64,000 nucleotides of DNA, taken from the NCBI RefSeq assembly GCF_036321535.1, contig NC_087472.1, forward strand, positions 100,380,001-100,444,000, in the 5' to 3' direction. The position numbers and the translations under genes were made by a program. Shown piece after piece: positions 12,698-24,917 of this stretch. The stretch is from Camelus dromedarius. Its lineage: Eukaryota. Within the stretch, counting starts at the first letter, position 1; the number at the start of each line of letters is the position of its first letter. The notes below the pieces were generated by a model. It did no database searches and was not told where the DNA came from. It saw only the letters and a list, made by a program, of their open reading frames with translations.

Positions 12698-13339
12698 CTT
12701 TGTGGCTGGCCAAGCATGGAGGCTAGATGTGGGGGCTTCCCCACAACCCCTAGACCACACCATGCCAGTACTTCCTGCCCTACCTCCTGGCTGTGGAGGG
12801 CCCTACCATCACACTTCAGTAGGATAATAAGCTACATGATGGATGCAAAACTTTGGACTAACATTTCTGGTTTAGGAATGGTTTCACTGTTTTGAATTCC
12901 ACAATTCTGAATACCTCACTTGCCAACAATAGCAAAGTAAGAATACAATTCAGCACCTCATTAATCCCAGCATTATTACATGTGTGGTTTTCATTTCACA
13001 TTTAATATTTATTTTTCTCAAGAGAAAGCCAGGACCAAGTTAGACTTGTTAGAGTCATCCAGCATGAAGGTCAGGAGGGTACTGGTGGAGGGGAAGAGAT
13101 CAGGGTTTCCGGTGGGAGCAAAGACTGTAGCTGACATTAGTTCATATTCTGATGGGTAACACTCATCGATCATTTTTATGGACTTCAACAGTGAAGTGGA
13201 GTTTTGGACTGATGAAACAAAAATTATGGGAAGCATAAACAAATTTAGTCTCTGAGCCTTTGAATCTACCCGCCTATTCATTCCCAGCAACAATAGCTTC
13301 AATCGTAGTATCCTGTAGTAGCATGTAAGCTCCAAAATG

Positions 13340-13450
13340 GATCTTAGAGACAACCTCCTTGTTTTACAGATGCGGAAACTGACATTCAGAGAAGTTACGT
13401 GACTCGTTCAATATCACACAAACTGTTAAGGGCAGAGCCAGGCTATAGCT
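13340..13450 (-). mobile_element. MIR fragment
   Basis: ttttacagatgcggaaactgacattcagagaagttacgtgactcg. Confidence 0.75.
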
Positions 13451-14020
13451 GAGGCCTCTTATGTTGCTTAGTTCCACATAGCATACCGTCTCCCTCCCTC
13501 TATCTTAATTTGTGAAGCGTTTATCATTATAGCACCTATTGTGGTTTAAACAAAATGCAAAAGCGATTGGAAAATCAGTGGTTTAATTCCTCCCTGATAT
13601 TTAAGTTAAATCCCTGTATAAGAAGCTAAAGGCAGACATTCACCTGCAGAATTTTGTTTCTAATTGGACTGATAAGAGCCTTAGCTCTGGAATGAAAGAA
13701 CTGGTGAAGAAAAAGCTTTTTCTAATCTATTTATAGAAAATTTGTAAGTGCAAAAAATTACTGTGAAATTCTCTTAAGTAGGATAAAGGTAGAAGTATAA
13801 TGCCCAGCCGACTTTTGTCACCTACCTTTAGGCTTTTTGATTCTACAAATATTTAGCCACTGTGAGCAGGGTAGGCCAGCAGGAGCACCCAACACATTCA
13901 AAGCATTCAAGGGCGTGGTGGGTCAAAGGCTGGGGAGGGGTATGGGCAGATTATGAGAGGGGTTTGGACTTTTGCTCCCAGTTAGAAGGTGGGGTAGTAG
14001 TTAAGGATTCAAAGCAGAAG

Positions 14021-14553
14021 TGTTATTGAACTAAAGTTCTTGTGCCCGATGTACAGTGAGGCCAAACAAACTGAAATGTCAGAGTTTAAAGCAGAGAAAG
14101 ATTTATTGCAGGGCCAACCCAGGAGGACAGACGGCTTGTGCTCAAAAAATCTGAAATCCTTGATGGTTTGAGGGGAAAGGTTTTTATAGGCAAAACTTAG
14201 GGTGAGGGCAGCAGGGGGTGTGACTCTTCTGATTGGTTGGTGGTGAGGTAACGGGGCGGTGCTGCAGGTATCTTGTGCTCAGTTTGAAGTTGCCATCCTC
14301 CACCTGGGTGGGGCCTTAGTTCCTCAGAGATATGTCTATTCCTTAAGGAGGAACCAGGACCCTATTCCTCCCTTGTCTCTGCATCCCCTTCCTTCCCTGA
14401 TTAACAACTGTTTGACTCTGCCCTTTGGAACTCAGCAAACGTCAAAGAGACTGAACGAAGCCTATTTCCTGCAAAAAAAAAAAAAAAAAAAAAAAAAGGG
14501 GGACAGATAGGATTTGTACCAAGGAGGTCCCCCCAGGGTCTTGCTCCGTTTCA
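14021..14553 (-). mobile_element. solo ERV1-type LTR, family A copy 2
   Basis: tgttattgaa...cgtttca; shares cagtgaggccaaacaaactgaa, ttttataggcaaaa and ctgccctttgg with 7217-7774; reverse AATAAA (tttatt ~14102). Confidence 0.8.
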
Positions 14554-14721
14554 GGGGAACAACACATCCAAGCAATGCTTTGGGAGGAAGGATGATCTGG
14601 GAACAGTGGATGGTAAGGAAGGAAGAAAAAGAGATTGCAGACCAGAGGCCAGTCGGGGATGTATAAAATCATCAAGGAGGAAAGTAGGGAAGACCTGACT
14701 GGAGTTGTAGAACCAGGAATT

Positions 14722-15170
14722 ATCTTAGTTTGGAAACCTTCCAGAAGCAGACAGACCCTGCAACAAAGATTCAATTGCAAATAGTTTCTTTGAGATGATC
14801 CCAGGAAACAATGGTTGAGGAGAGGAAAAGTGAGACGGAAAGAAAGGAAGACAGTTAACAGGTGCATTAGCAAACCAATTACTGGAGAGGGCGACTGGAG
14901 GCCAATCCTGCTCAAGCAAACTGGGATGCAGAGGTGAGCACACTTCAGGATTATCACCACGAAACACCAGGAAGTTGGAGGATTCATTCACCATTTCCTC
15001 ATCTACCATTGGTTTAGAACTGCTTCCAGAAGCACTAACTGTCCAGCACTCCTGGCTTGCCCGGAGTGTGGGCCCAATGTGCTCTAACAAAAATGGCCTC
15101 AGGAAGAGAGTTACAGGAATCCAGGAGTGGAGAGGTGAAGGTCAAAGGAACACGGGCGGAGCACCAAGTA
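14722..15170 (-). mobile_element. ERVL LTR16-family LTR
   Basis: tcttagtttgg...ttccagaagcagac...gcaaatagttt...gatcccaggaaac matches the recalled reverse LTR16 end. Confidence 0.65.
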
Positions 15171-16469
15171 TCATATACAGACACCTGTTTCTTCCTGGAG
15201 ATACTCAAGCAGTCCTGGGTATAGTAAATAAGCTCTGTACATAGTCTGGTGGGAAGATCCCTGATTTCACCTTCTCTAAATTCTGTGATTCCTGTATCTT
15301 CAAAATAGGAAGATAAAGGATCCACCCTGCCTAGGAGCACCCATTGCATTCTTGCCTGTATCTAATCCTGTTTTTAATCCATGCTCCTTTAAAAATTCTA
15401 CTCCATCATACAAATTTCCTTGAGGAACTTGTGATTAGTGTTTTGCATATCTTTTATGGAACTGTATTTTTAAACCACTTCTCTAATGAGATTACAGAAG
15501 ACTGGAAATTATAGTAATGAAGGTATTAGTCAGGCATGTGATACCCAAGGTAGGAAAGAAAAACACATTAACTCAACTTGCCTTAACTTACTTCAGTGAA
15601 GCTGGCAACAGGCAAGCTATCCATCACCATCATTTACTAGAATTAATTCAATGTCCGGCTAGGGTTCAGTCCAGAATAGAAGCTGGCCAGTACTTCAAAT
15701 TGGAAACCATTCAACATTAAAACCAATATGACATATTTTCTTTTCAGAACTACACGACTCAAAATTTAAGAAATTTGAGGAATTTCTGGAAAATTCCATA
15801 AGTCAATAATGATTTACTTTAAGGAGAGAGAAGTGGGTCGCTTAGGGAAACCATAAGTTGCTTGCATTGGTGGACCTTCAAACTGAACTTTTTGTCTCTT
15901 TCAGTTAGTTTATTAAGGGGTAGGGAGTGGGGAAGTGCTAACAGCTCCCAGGATAGATTTTTGAGTGCTGAGGTCCACCCAGTGAATTCCAGAGCCAAGT
16001 CACCAACCCTTGAAAATACGTTTACATCATGGAAGTGAAAACACCAAACCCCAGATGGCCTTCATAAGAGGGAGTGAATGTAAAGCCCAGGATGAAAGCG
16101 TGGCACCTCTGAATGAGGCTGCTTCTTCTTCATTGTCATTTGCTCCTATCCTTGGACTGCAGACCTGTGCAGCCCCTCAGGATTTGGCTTGGAAGGCGGT
16201 GGGCCGCTCCTGTGACTTTTATACCCAAATGGAGTGGCCTGGAGGCCAATCCAAATCTGGGTGAATCCGTTTTCATGAAACCAGTAAATATTTAGCACCT
16301 ACTAAGTGCAAGACACTGAGACAACTGTTACACGATTTGTAAATATGTCTGTCCTGGAGGACCTTAGACGGTAGGGGAGAGAAGAACTCTAAAAAATCCA
16401 GAGGAATAAATACTACTCCTGTGCTCCAACTCCCTTTTATACTTGTAACCATTAAAACAATCATAACAG

Positions 16470-16660
16470 TAATAATAATAGGAATGTACTTACAGAACAC
16501 TTTCAGTAGTCTGACTCTGTGAAGTAAGAATTATCATTCTCTTATTTTACAGATGCAGAACTAAGGCCCTTGCCCAAGTTCACATAGCCAGTTAGTGTTG
16601 GAGCTGAGATTCAAATCCAAGCAGTCTGGCTTCAGAGCCCACATTCTTAACAACTATACT
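16470..16660 (-). mobile_element. MIR SINE
   Basis: attttacagatgcagaactaagg...tgcccaagttcaca...gagattcaaatccaagcagtctggcttcagagccc. Confidence 0.85.
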
Positions 16661-16699
16661 TCCTTCCACACAATCATTTTTTAATATTAAATTGTTGGT

Positions 16700-16840
16700 G
16701 TACATAGCTGTTTCCCAGTTACTCTGGAAAGTTCTATGAGGTAGGAAACTTGTGTTTTCATTCTTGTATTCTAGCACTTCACACAGAACATGGTCCCAGA
16801 AGCTTCTCAATACATATTGAATGAATGAGTGAATGAACTT
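16700..16840 (+). mobile_element. L2 3' end
   Basis: tgtattctagcac...ctcaatacatattgaatgaatgag. Confidence 0.7.
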
Positions 16841-18119
16841 GAAGCACAGGTGAGACTCTGTGGCTGTTTACAGAAGGAAAAAAATGACATTTATTCATAG
16901 GCACGAGGGAAGGCTGCATGGAGGAAGTGACATTTGGTCTCTTCTTTGACTGGTGGGTAGGACCCACCAAGGTGGAGGGACATTTTTCAATTCTATGCTG
17001 CAAATGCAGACCTTGGGTCACTTGGGAGGTTATTTGCTGGTTGGAAGGCGTACAGCCTGGGACAGAGCAGACCTGTTCACCAGAAGGAACAGGCATTCCA
17101 TTGCCAAGTCCCTAGAGCCCTGGACCCATCTGCCTCCAGAGGCCAGGAGACTGCTAGAGACGGAGTGATGGGACAGAGACCCCACAAATGGAGAACTGAG
17201 CATGTGGGAGGCTAGGGAATGTGAGGCTGCACCACCTGGCTGTGCTGGGCTGGGTCCCACCCTGGAGCCCCAGAACTCGGGACAGAGGCATCGCTGGTCC
17301 ATGGAATGTGCTCAGAGGTGGCTGCTGCCCGGAAGTACCTGGCAGAGTGAATCTCATGAGTGCAACTGGCTAGGGGTGACATACCCAGTGGAGCCCACCT
17401 GCTGGTGCTGATGGTGGAGTGCACGGCAGGAGAAAGGGTATTGGCAGATTGAGAAAAGCCCAGACAGAGACCAGGCCTGACGAGGAATCATGTGGCTCTG
17501 AGAGATACTGCATCTATTGGGACTTGGGTAAGCTCTTGAGGGGCCTTATTTGGATTGGTAACTTGGGATATAGACCTCAAGGGCACTTAATATCTTTGAA
17601 ATGAAGGGAGCCATGCACAGGGGCCCTTGAGAATCCAGTCACTGTCCAAGGCTAGCCTGAAAGGGTTCCAGGGGCTGATGACTGGATTGTGGAAACTCCA
17701 TTGATGAAGAACCCAAACAGAATTGCTTAGGGACTCATAATGCTGTGAGATTGGTGGGAGGACTGTTGGGGCTCTGCTTGCTTGTTTACCCTTCCAATCT
17801 CCAATTTGGATTATGTGAACTACTGTGGAGAGGTGACTCTCAATGTTAAATGGCTGACTGTGTGTAGGAAGCAGCAGGGAATGGAATCAGAAAATCCCAG
17901 GCACGAAATATAGGCTCCATAGTTTTAACTTTCTGCTGGATGACGTCCCAGTTTGGCAATATCAGTGAAGCCAGGGCAAAGTAGTTGGGGAGAACTGGAG
18001 ACATTTACTCAGAATCGTAAATTCTTCATCCCCACGATCCCACTCTCTGAAGGCATCCTCTCTCTCCCACCATCCACAGCAACACTTTCAAACTTTCACA
18101 GTACACTTTACGTCCCCTA

Positions 18120-20030
18120 CTTTCAACCTGTGACATTCTCACACAGCACAGAGAATATGGAAGCCAAATAAAAAGACTTCACGTTACCCCCACAAGTCAA
18201 ACAGAATCCCCGGCCCTGCCCCACCCCCCTTTTAGTCTTCCCTCCGTTTCCGTGAGGGGGTGTCTGCCTTCCATCTACCTGGGCAAGGGCACCTCCCTTC
18301 CTGCTTCTTCAGTTACTCCACCCTCCTGCATCTTCAACCCCCATATTGCCTCTGTTTTTTTGTTTTTTTAACATTTTTTATTGAGTTATAGTCATTTTAC
18401 AATGTTGTGTCAAATTCCAGTGTAGAGCACAATTTTTCAGTTATACATAAACATACATATATTCATTGTCACATTTTTTTTTTTGCTGTGAGCTACCACA
18501 AGATCTTGTATATATTTCCCTGTGCTATACAGTATAATCTTGTTTATCTATTCTACATATGCCTGTCAGTATCTACAAATTTTGAACTTCCAGTCTATCC
18601 CTTCCCACCCTGTTTTTTTTGTTTTCATCTAGGATATAAACACTTTCAAATCAAATTCTCTGTTTACTCTCTCTCCCATCTTGCCACAGCTAGTTTTCTT
18701 CCCTTTTCTTCCAATCCAGCTTCTTTATTATGATCTTCATTTCTCACTCCCATTCATTATTCAAACCACTTCGATTTGTCTTCAGCCACTAGCCCGTCCC
18801 TGCAACCACTCGCAGTTTACGACCTCATGGCCAAATCCACTTCACACCGTACTGCTGGCCACGGCCTTCTTTTCAGAACTCTCCTCCCTTGACTTACATG
18901 ATTTGCTCTGTCTTTGTCTTCTTCATGGGCTCCCCATGGTTGCCTCTTCTCTCCTTAAATATTACTGTTTTCCAAGCTCCGATCCTCAGTGTTTCCGTCA
19001 CCTCTCTTCCCCTCACTTCTTCCTTCTCCACACCTCTCCTTTTACTTCCTCATTCCTCCTTTCCATTTTTCTCTTTTTCTTCCTCTCTCCACCCAGTCCT
19101 TTCTCCATAGATGACTCCATTCCCAAGATTTCAACTTCCACCCATATTTAAGTGGCCCTCCCCTTTGAAATCTATACTCTCCTGCCTGGAACATTCTCCT
19201 GATCTCCCGACTCATGGAGTCAACTCATCTGAACAGTTTCACTTGGATACACCCATGCTCAGCATGTCTGAAACTGAACCCACCTTCCACAAGATTGTCT
19301 CTCTCCTCCGTAATCTCCCATCTTCAGGAGCAGTGCTAGTGCCCAACCTGGTCCCAAGCCAGAAAGCCCAGAAACCTGGGGCTCTTTCTTCATGACTTCC
19401 TCTCCTTTCCACCCATCCACTGAGCCATCAATATCTAGAGGGTCTTCCAGTCCCCTCTGTCATTTCAACCCCCGACTTTCCATGGGTATTTTTCTGGCCT
19501 GGATCCTAGCACTGGTCCGACCCATCCTCTGTCTAGTACTGCTGACAAACCTGCTGTCAAGTACGCCTTTGGAAATGCGCATCTGGTTATATCATTCCCC
19601 AGCTTTCTATACTTATGTGGCTCCAAGTGGCGTTCAAGATGACATCCAAACCTCCCACTGTGACCTCTGAGAGCTTTGGTTTCTGCCTAGTCCCAACATG
19701 CCACACTTGCCTGTTTCCCTCCTCACTCGCCTGCGTTGTTACTACCTGAAACACGCATTCTTTTTCCTTACTTCTCCTTCTATGAACTTGATCTCCTTTG
19801 GGAAGTCTTCTCCAGCCTTTCTCTCCCTCCCCATCTCCAGGCTGAGCTTGGTGCCCCCCTTCTGCCCACAGCCCCCATGACCATTTCTAGTGTAATCTTC
19901 AGCACACCAGTGAGTTTCCTGGCCTGTCTTCCATTACTGGTCTACCGGTAACTTGACCTTGTTAAACTGTACTCTAGCACTGAGTACAATACTTGAAACA
20001 TACTCAGTAATGTTGTTAGATCCATGCAAG
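18120..20030 (+). mobile_element. degenerate L2 LINE
   Basis: CT-rich L2 motifs (ctcagcatgtctgaaactgaac; tctagcactgagtacaat...ctcagtaatgttg); split by an L1 at 18367. Confidence 0.65.
18367..18609 (-). mobile_element. short lineage-specific L1 3' end
   Basis: tttattgagttatagtcattttacaatgttgtg...; flanked by near-identical ctg(t)7-8gtttt TSDs (18352, 18610). Confidence 0.85.
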
Positions 20031-21915
20031 AAAAATCCTGGACACCATGCTTTAGAGGACCACAGATATCACAAACAACACCCCCCGCCCCACAAAAAAA
20101 AAAAAAAGAAGAAGTATTGAATACTTGGGCACTTCTGTCATGAGGAATTCAATGCTCAGCCTGGCACAGCACAACCTGTAACCTAAAACATTTACTGTCA
20201 TGACTAATACTGTTCAGGCTCCAGGGAAATGATTCTGCACATCTCTCGTCCTGTGTTCTTAAAACCAAAGGCAGCTGTGTCCAACCGCTGTAAGTTTGTG
20301 TTGCACAACAATCAACCTAAAACACAGCTATAGCTTTGGAGTACGAAGAAGATTTTGGTTGTGGAAATGCCTAGATAAGAGAAAACACAATTAATTAATG
20401 TTCCTTGTCAAATATAATGAATGTAATAGATCCTTGCATAATGCAGTATTGCTTCCAGCAGTCCCAGGCATCCAATTTTTTCCTTCCCTTCTTGTTTCAA
20501 GTTGGAGTTCCAAAAATACTCGTGAGTTAGTTTGGTATTTACTATGGTTGCACACAGTGGCTGGCGAACATTTTGCAATATTAAACAATTCATTAGTCTT
20601 AACTTTTTGTGGATAGATAGATGAAAAATGTGTGAAGCATGAATGATACTGATTTTATTTTGACGAGGCTGCACTGTACTTTCTTTAGGAAGCATCCTCT
20701 GCTTTAGGAAAACCATCATTTTATTATTATCCTCAAGTTACTTGGTTGCAGTGACTTCTAAGTAATTCCATCCATGCAGTGGCTCATTATTAGTTCATTG
20801 CAACGCGTGTGTGGTTAAGTATACAATGTGTTGATATTCATAAATTCAAGGATTTTTAGAGAATGAAGAGACAATAAAATTTGGATAAACTTCCTAACAT
20901 TCCTTTAAAATATCTTCAACATGAATCTTTTGAATTTGAAAGAAAACAAAAAAGAAACAATTTCGATAATGAACTTCAAGCCTGTTACATTTTCTGGTAG
21001 TGGCAAAAATCACAAACAGCTTGAAATATCCTTTGATATCGGGTAAGCATCAGTTCAAAGTAAAATAATTTGTAATTCCACAATTAAAAACTAGCTTGAT
21101 AATTTCAACAAAAAAATAAAAGCTTATTATTCCTACCAACATAAATGTTAGTGATACAACTGTTGAGGCCATTTGCACCTAAAATTTGAAAGTGCCAAAA
21201 AATGTGTTTTTATCAAAATGGCAATCATGTTCTGTTAAATTTTATGGTTAAAAAATTCACAATCATCAATTATGAAAAATTTGAAATAACATTAAGAATC
21301 AATTCCATAAATAAAGCTTTTGAAATAGTAAAAGCATCCCCAAAATATTTGACCAAAATGTCAAAAAAGCAAATGAAAACCATTTAGAAAACACAATCAG
21401 AATTTAAAACATTGTCTCCTGTGTAGTTAAAAATAATCAAGCTTTTTCAGAAAGGAAATTTTTATGAGAACTTCAAAGAAAGAATAATACTGATATAAGC
21501 CTATAATACAATCTAGACTTAAGTCATTATAAAACTTATCTAGTAAAATGAGAAAATAATTTTCAGGAAAACATGAAACAAGAAAATACAAATTTTAATA
21601 ATTATCAAAGATACTCCAACTAGCCACAGAAAAGCATTTCAAAGAATACCTAAATTATGCAATTCAAGACTGAATATAGTTTAATGGGTTTTGTTGATAT
21701 TATAGAATCAAAAGGAATAATATATTAAAGTCTATTGTTTGTGCTTAGGAAAAAATATTTAAATGACAAATACTTATCAGATGATCTTATTGCCTCATAA
21801 AAAGAATGAAACTTCAGCCAAAATTTTAGGAAATTTTCTGGATATTTTAATTTGGAAATAAGCCACTGCATTCAATTATTTTGGATGATGCAATAAAAAT
21901 GTAAATTAGATAGAA

Positions 21916-22203
21916 CAGAGGTTGTTCCCTGGGCCCATGAGCTAAATCTGGCCCACTGCCCGATTTTGTGGCCTGTGAACTAAAGAAGAAAAATATTTTT
22001 GTGATGTGAAAATTACATAAAATTCAAATTCTAGTGTCCACAAATACAGTTTTATTGGAACCCAGCCACGCCCATCCATTTATAAATTTGTGACTGCTTT
22101 CACGATACAGCAGAGTTGAATAGTTACTATAGACACCCTGTGTACTACAAAGCCTAAAATAGTTACCATCTGGCCTATTACAGAGAAAGTTTGACAACCA
22201 TTG
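21916..22203. mobile_element. MER58(B)-like hAT MITE inserted in the fossil transposase
   Basis: aaatctggcccactgcc...cagttttattggaacccagccacgccca...aaagcctaaaata...ctggcctattacagagaaagtttg. Confidence 0.85.
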
Positions 22204-22833
22204 AAGTAAAACACTGAAAATCCTTTCTCTATAAATTTTATAATATGCTGCCATACAAAAATAATAATTGGAAAGAATTAAACAAAACATCTGAAAATCT
22301 GGAAATTGAAGTAGTGAAAATGAGAATATTTTGATCTCCTGGGGCAATCTGTAGGTCCAGGAGCTGCAAAAGCAGTTTGGAGATGATTATCTAACCTAGT
22401 ACAGTCACTTTAATAGAAATTATTAAATGGAATTAGTTAAATACTTAGAAAATGTAATGTTTTAAAGAAATTTGGCTTAATTCAATAATATTCTGAGATG
22501 TCAATAACTTTCTTCTGTTCTCCAAGAAAGAAAAGTTTTGACATTAAAGCTGGCGGATTAATTTGATGAAAGGGAAAAGTATTGAGTACATAAAACAAAA
22601 TAAATCAAAGGGTAAAGAGAGGTAGATGATATTATTTGAGATAGAGAATTAGGGTATATCCTTTGAAACTAAGTAAATATCAATTCCAAGAAGAAATGCT
22701 ATTCACTTGCCTTAAAAATTATTTTAAAATGGATATGTTGTTTAATGGAAAACATGAGGAAAAAATGCATATTGAAACCTGAAATTTGACCAAATGATGT
22801 CTGTGAATCTCTTTGAATTAAAGTAGAACAAAA

Positions 22834-22882
22834 AAACCTAAAACTGCTCTAAAAGAATAAAGTCTATTAAAAAAATTTTTAA
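22834..22882 (+). mobile_element. ~50-bp L1 terminal tail with TSD
   Basis: cctaaaactgctctaaaagaataaagtcta + A-tail, flanked by aaagtagaacaaaa at 22820-22833 and 22883-22896. Confidence 0.75.
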
Positions 22883-24282
22883 AAAGTAGAACAAAATCTT
22901 TTTAAATTAAGATAACTAATTTTATATAAAATTCCAGTAAGTGATTTTCAGGACTTAGTCCTGACATGTCATGAAAATAAAAAAGATGTTGAATCTACAA
23001 AATTCTCAAATAGAACTCTAAGAGCCAGAAAGTCTTCAAATGTCAGTGCTATGAGTTCAGCAGAAGCTGAAAGAGGCGTCAGCACCATTAACAATGTGAT
23101 ATTATTATGAATTATCTATAAATTGAGACTACAATCTACCTAATGACTATCAATTTAATGGCATAGTTGTTAGACGAATTGATGTTGTTCCCTGCTTCGA
23201 ATCACTGCTCACTCAGAGGCATTTAGCAGTAACAAGCCACGTCAAACAAAAGTCCACATTAAGATTTTCTGAAAATCAACAAATAATAATAGAAATGATT
23301 AGAACTATTTGATGAATGATTTAATAAGCAGCTTGATAATATATAAACATAGATTTTAGAGAGTAAAAGGATTTATAAGCATTTAATTTTTATTAATATG
23401 TTAGATAATTTATATCACTATATCCAAATGTCTTTATCTCTACCTATATTATATTTCTATATCTTCATCTCTACAACACTATACCTGTTGTTAAATATTT
23501 TAAGCATGGCCCCTAAGCACAACTCACATTCCATACTAGTTTTCTGTCCTAGCCTCACCTTTTGGATGGCACACATGAAATTGACTTCCCAGCTCTGACC
23601 TTGGCTCCAGTCAAGAGCTATTCTGGTTCTCTCCTGCAGCTGGCTGCACTGCCTCAGACTGCCTTGAGTCACACCCCTTTAAATTCAGCCCAGGCCTTGG
23701 GAACCTTCCTTCCCTGGCACAGCCCTCGGGGAGCACGCTGACTTATCTCGTCTCTTGTCAGTCTCTGCAGGGCCTGAGAAGTTAAAGGAAGCCCTTTCAT
23801 TCCCTTTCTGCCTGTTTCAAAACTTGCTGTCCGGGAAGCATCTGAACTCTTGGTCAATATGCTCTTTTCCCAAGGGATATTTATTTCATGGCCTGCAGAA
23901 GGAAAAGCTATATTCCTTTATAGAAGAATTTCAGGCATCAAAGGCAGGTGGGGAAGAATTTTGGGAGCTGAAGAATCTCAAATACTAATGTTTTATGAGT
24001 CCACCTGCAAATCAAAAGAGAAAAAACTTGGACTTTTAACATAATATTTTTCCAGAGTGAGGAAGGAGAAATTCCTTTACGTTCTTTGGTTTCTGCTTTA
24101 TTATTTGGATGGATCAGGGAGTCTACAGGCTTAAATGAGAAGTTGCTGTCTGATACATCACTTGTTTTGTTACAGAGTATAAAGTCATGAAGTTTCATTG
24201 CCAAAGACAGCTTGAAAAGACATCCGTGTAAGCCAGCTTTCAGAATCATGTTCAAGAAGTCTTAAATCTCAGTCTCTTAAGC

Positions 24283-24460
24283 TAGTGGTGTTGAGAAAAC
24301 TGGACAGCATTATGTAAATCAATGAAGTTAAGACACTCCCTCACACCATACAGAAAAATAAACTCAGACTGGCTTAAAGACTTAAACATAAGACAAGGCA
24401 CTATAAACCTCCTAGAAGAAAACATAGGCAAAACATTTTCTGACGTAAATCTTACCAATG
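24283..24460 (+). mobile_element. isolated internal L1 ORF2 fragment
   Basis: Translates to ...[32 protein letters not shown]..., L1 ORF2; no tail follows. Confidence 0.9.
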
Positions 24461-24469
24461 GGCATCTTC

Positions 24470-24917
24470 TATTTGAATCCCTCTTCCTAATCCATTGTTG
24501 GTCCATCCAGGTCCTGCTCTACGCCCCAGACTCCCTCATCCTCTGGACTCTGGGTTTGGCCAGTGGGAGTCACCACAGGAGACTGGAGGGTGGGAGAAGA
24601 AAGAGGCTGGGGTATTTTCCCCGGCTCTTCTCTTCGCCATCTGTATGATTACAGCTGCAGGTGCCTCCCTTCACAACTACAGCTTCTGTTAGTCGTCCCC
24701 TCTCCCTAGCTCCAGCTTTCCCTGGGAGCTGGAAACACCATTTCTCCCCCTTCTCCTTTCCACCCCAGGGGACTGCTCTTGCTGGTCTCTGAGCACCCTG
24801 ACACCTCTCTGTTCCCTTAACCTTGCACATTCTTCCATAAATAGTCTCTTCGCTAAATTGTCTTCATAGATCCCAGCTGAGTGTGCCTTCTGTTTCCTGC
24901 TGGAAGTCTGACTAATA
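24470..24917 (+). mobile_element. ERVL LTR33-like LTR
   Basis: gggtttggccagtgggag...ggagactggagggtgggag...gagtgtgccttctgtttcctgctgg...ctgactaata. Confidence 0.7.

Larger units (their letters stand above)
20863..23312 (+). pseudogene. decayed hAT transposase frame, KIAA1586-like (fossil transposon or dead paralogue)
   Basis: Manual translation across stops/frameshifts: MKRQ (20863); VKKANENHLENTIRI*NIVSCVVKNNQAFS...ELQRKN (21360-21485); AKILGNFLDILIW (~21817-21855); AAKAVW (~22363); SSAEAERG (23054-23077, hAT dimerisation motif); LMTINL (23140); KQKST...ENQ (23244-23279). Order matches my recollection of human KIAA1586. Confidence 0.8.

Noticed and set aside
12407..12827. Overlapping ORFs encoding EKRREEKRR / LLFSS repeats
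   Set aside because: Translation of a stop-free pentanucleotide microsatellite, not a gene.
13018..13353. 111-aa minus ORF and a possible + strand exon (AG at 13021-13022, GT at ~13156)
   Set aside because: No recognisable protein in any frame, weak donor and no partner exons.
16900..17800. Cluster of short overlapping ORFs in GC-richer sequence
   Set aside because: No recognisable protein or splice structure; probably an old LTR-like remnant I cannot name.
20391..20719. Minus-strand ORFs with faint resemblance to the KIAA1586 N-terminal region (KVKTN, KIGC) or a pogo/Tigger transposase, suggesting a 5'-inverted retrocopy
   Set aside because: Matches are only a few residues, and the + strand already supplies the corresponding N-terminal blocks from 20863.
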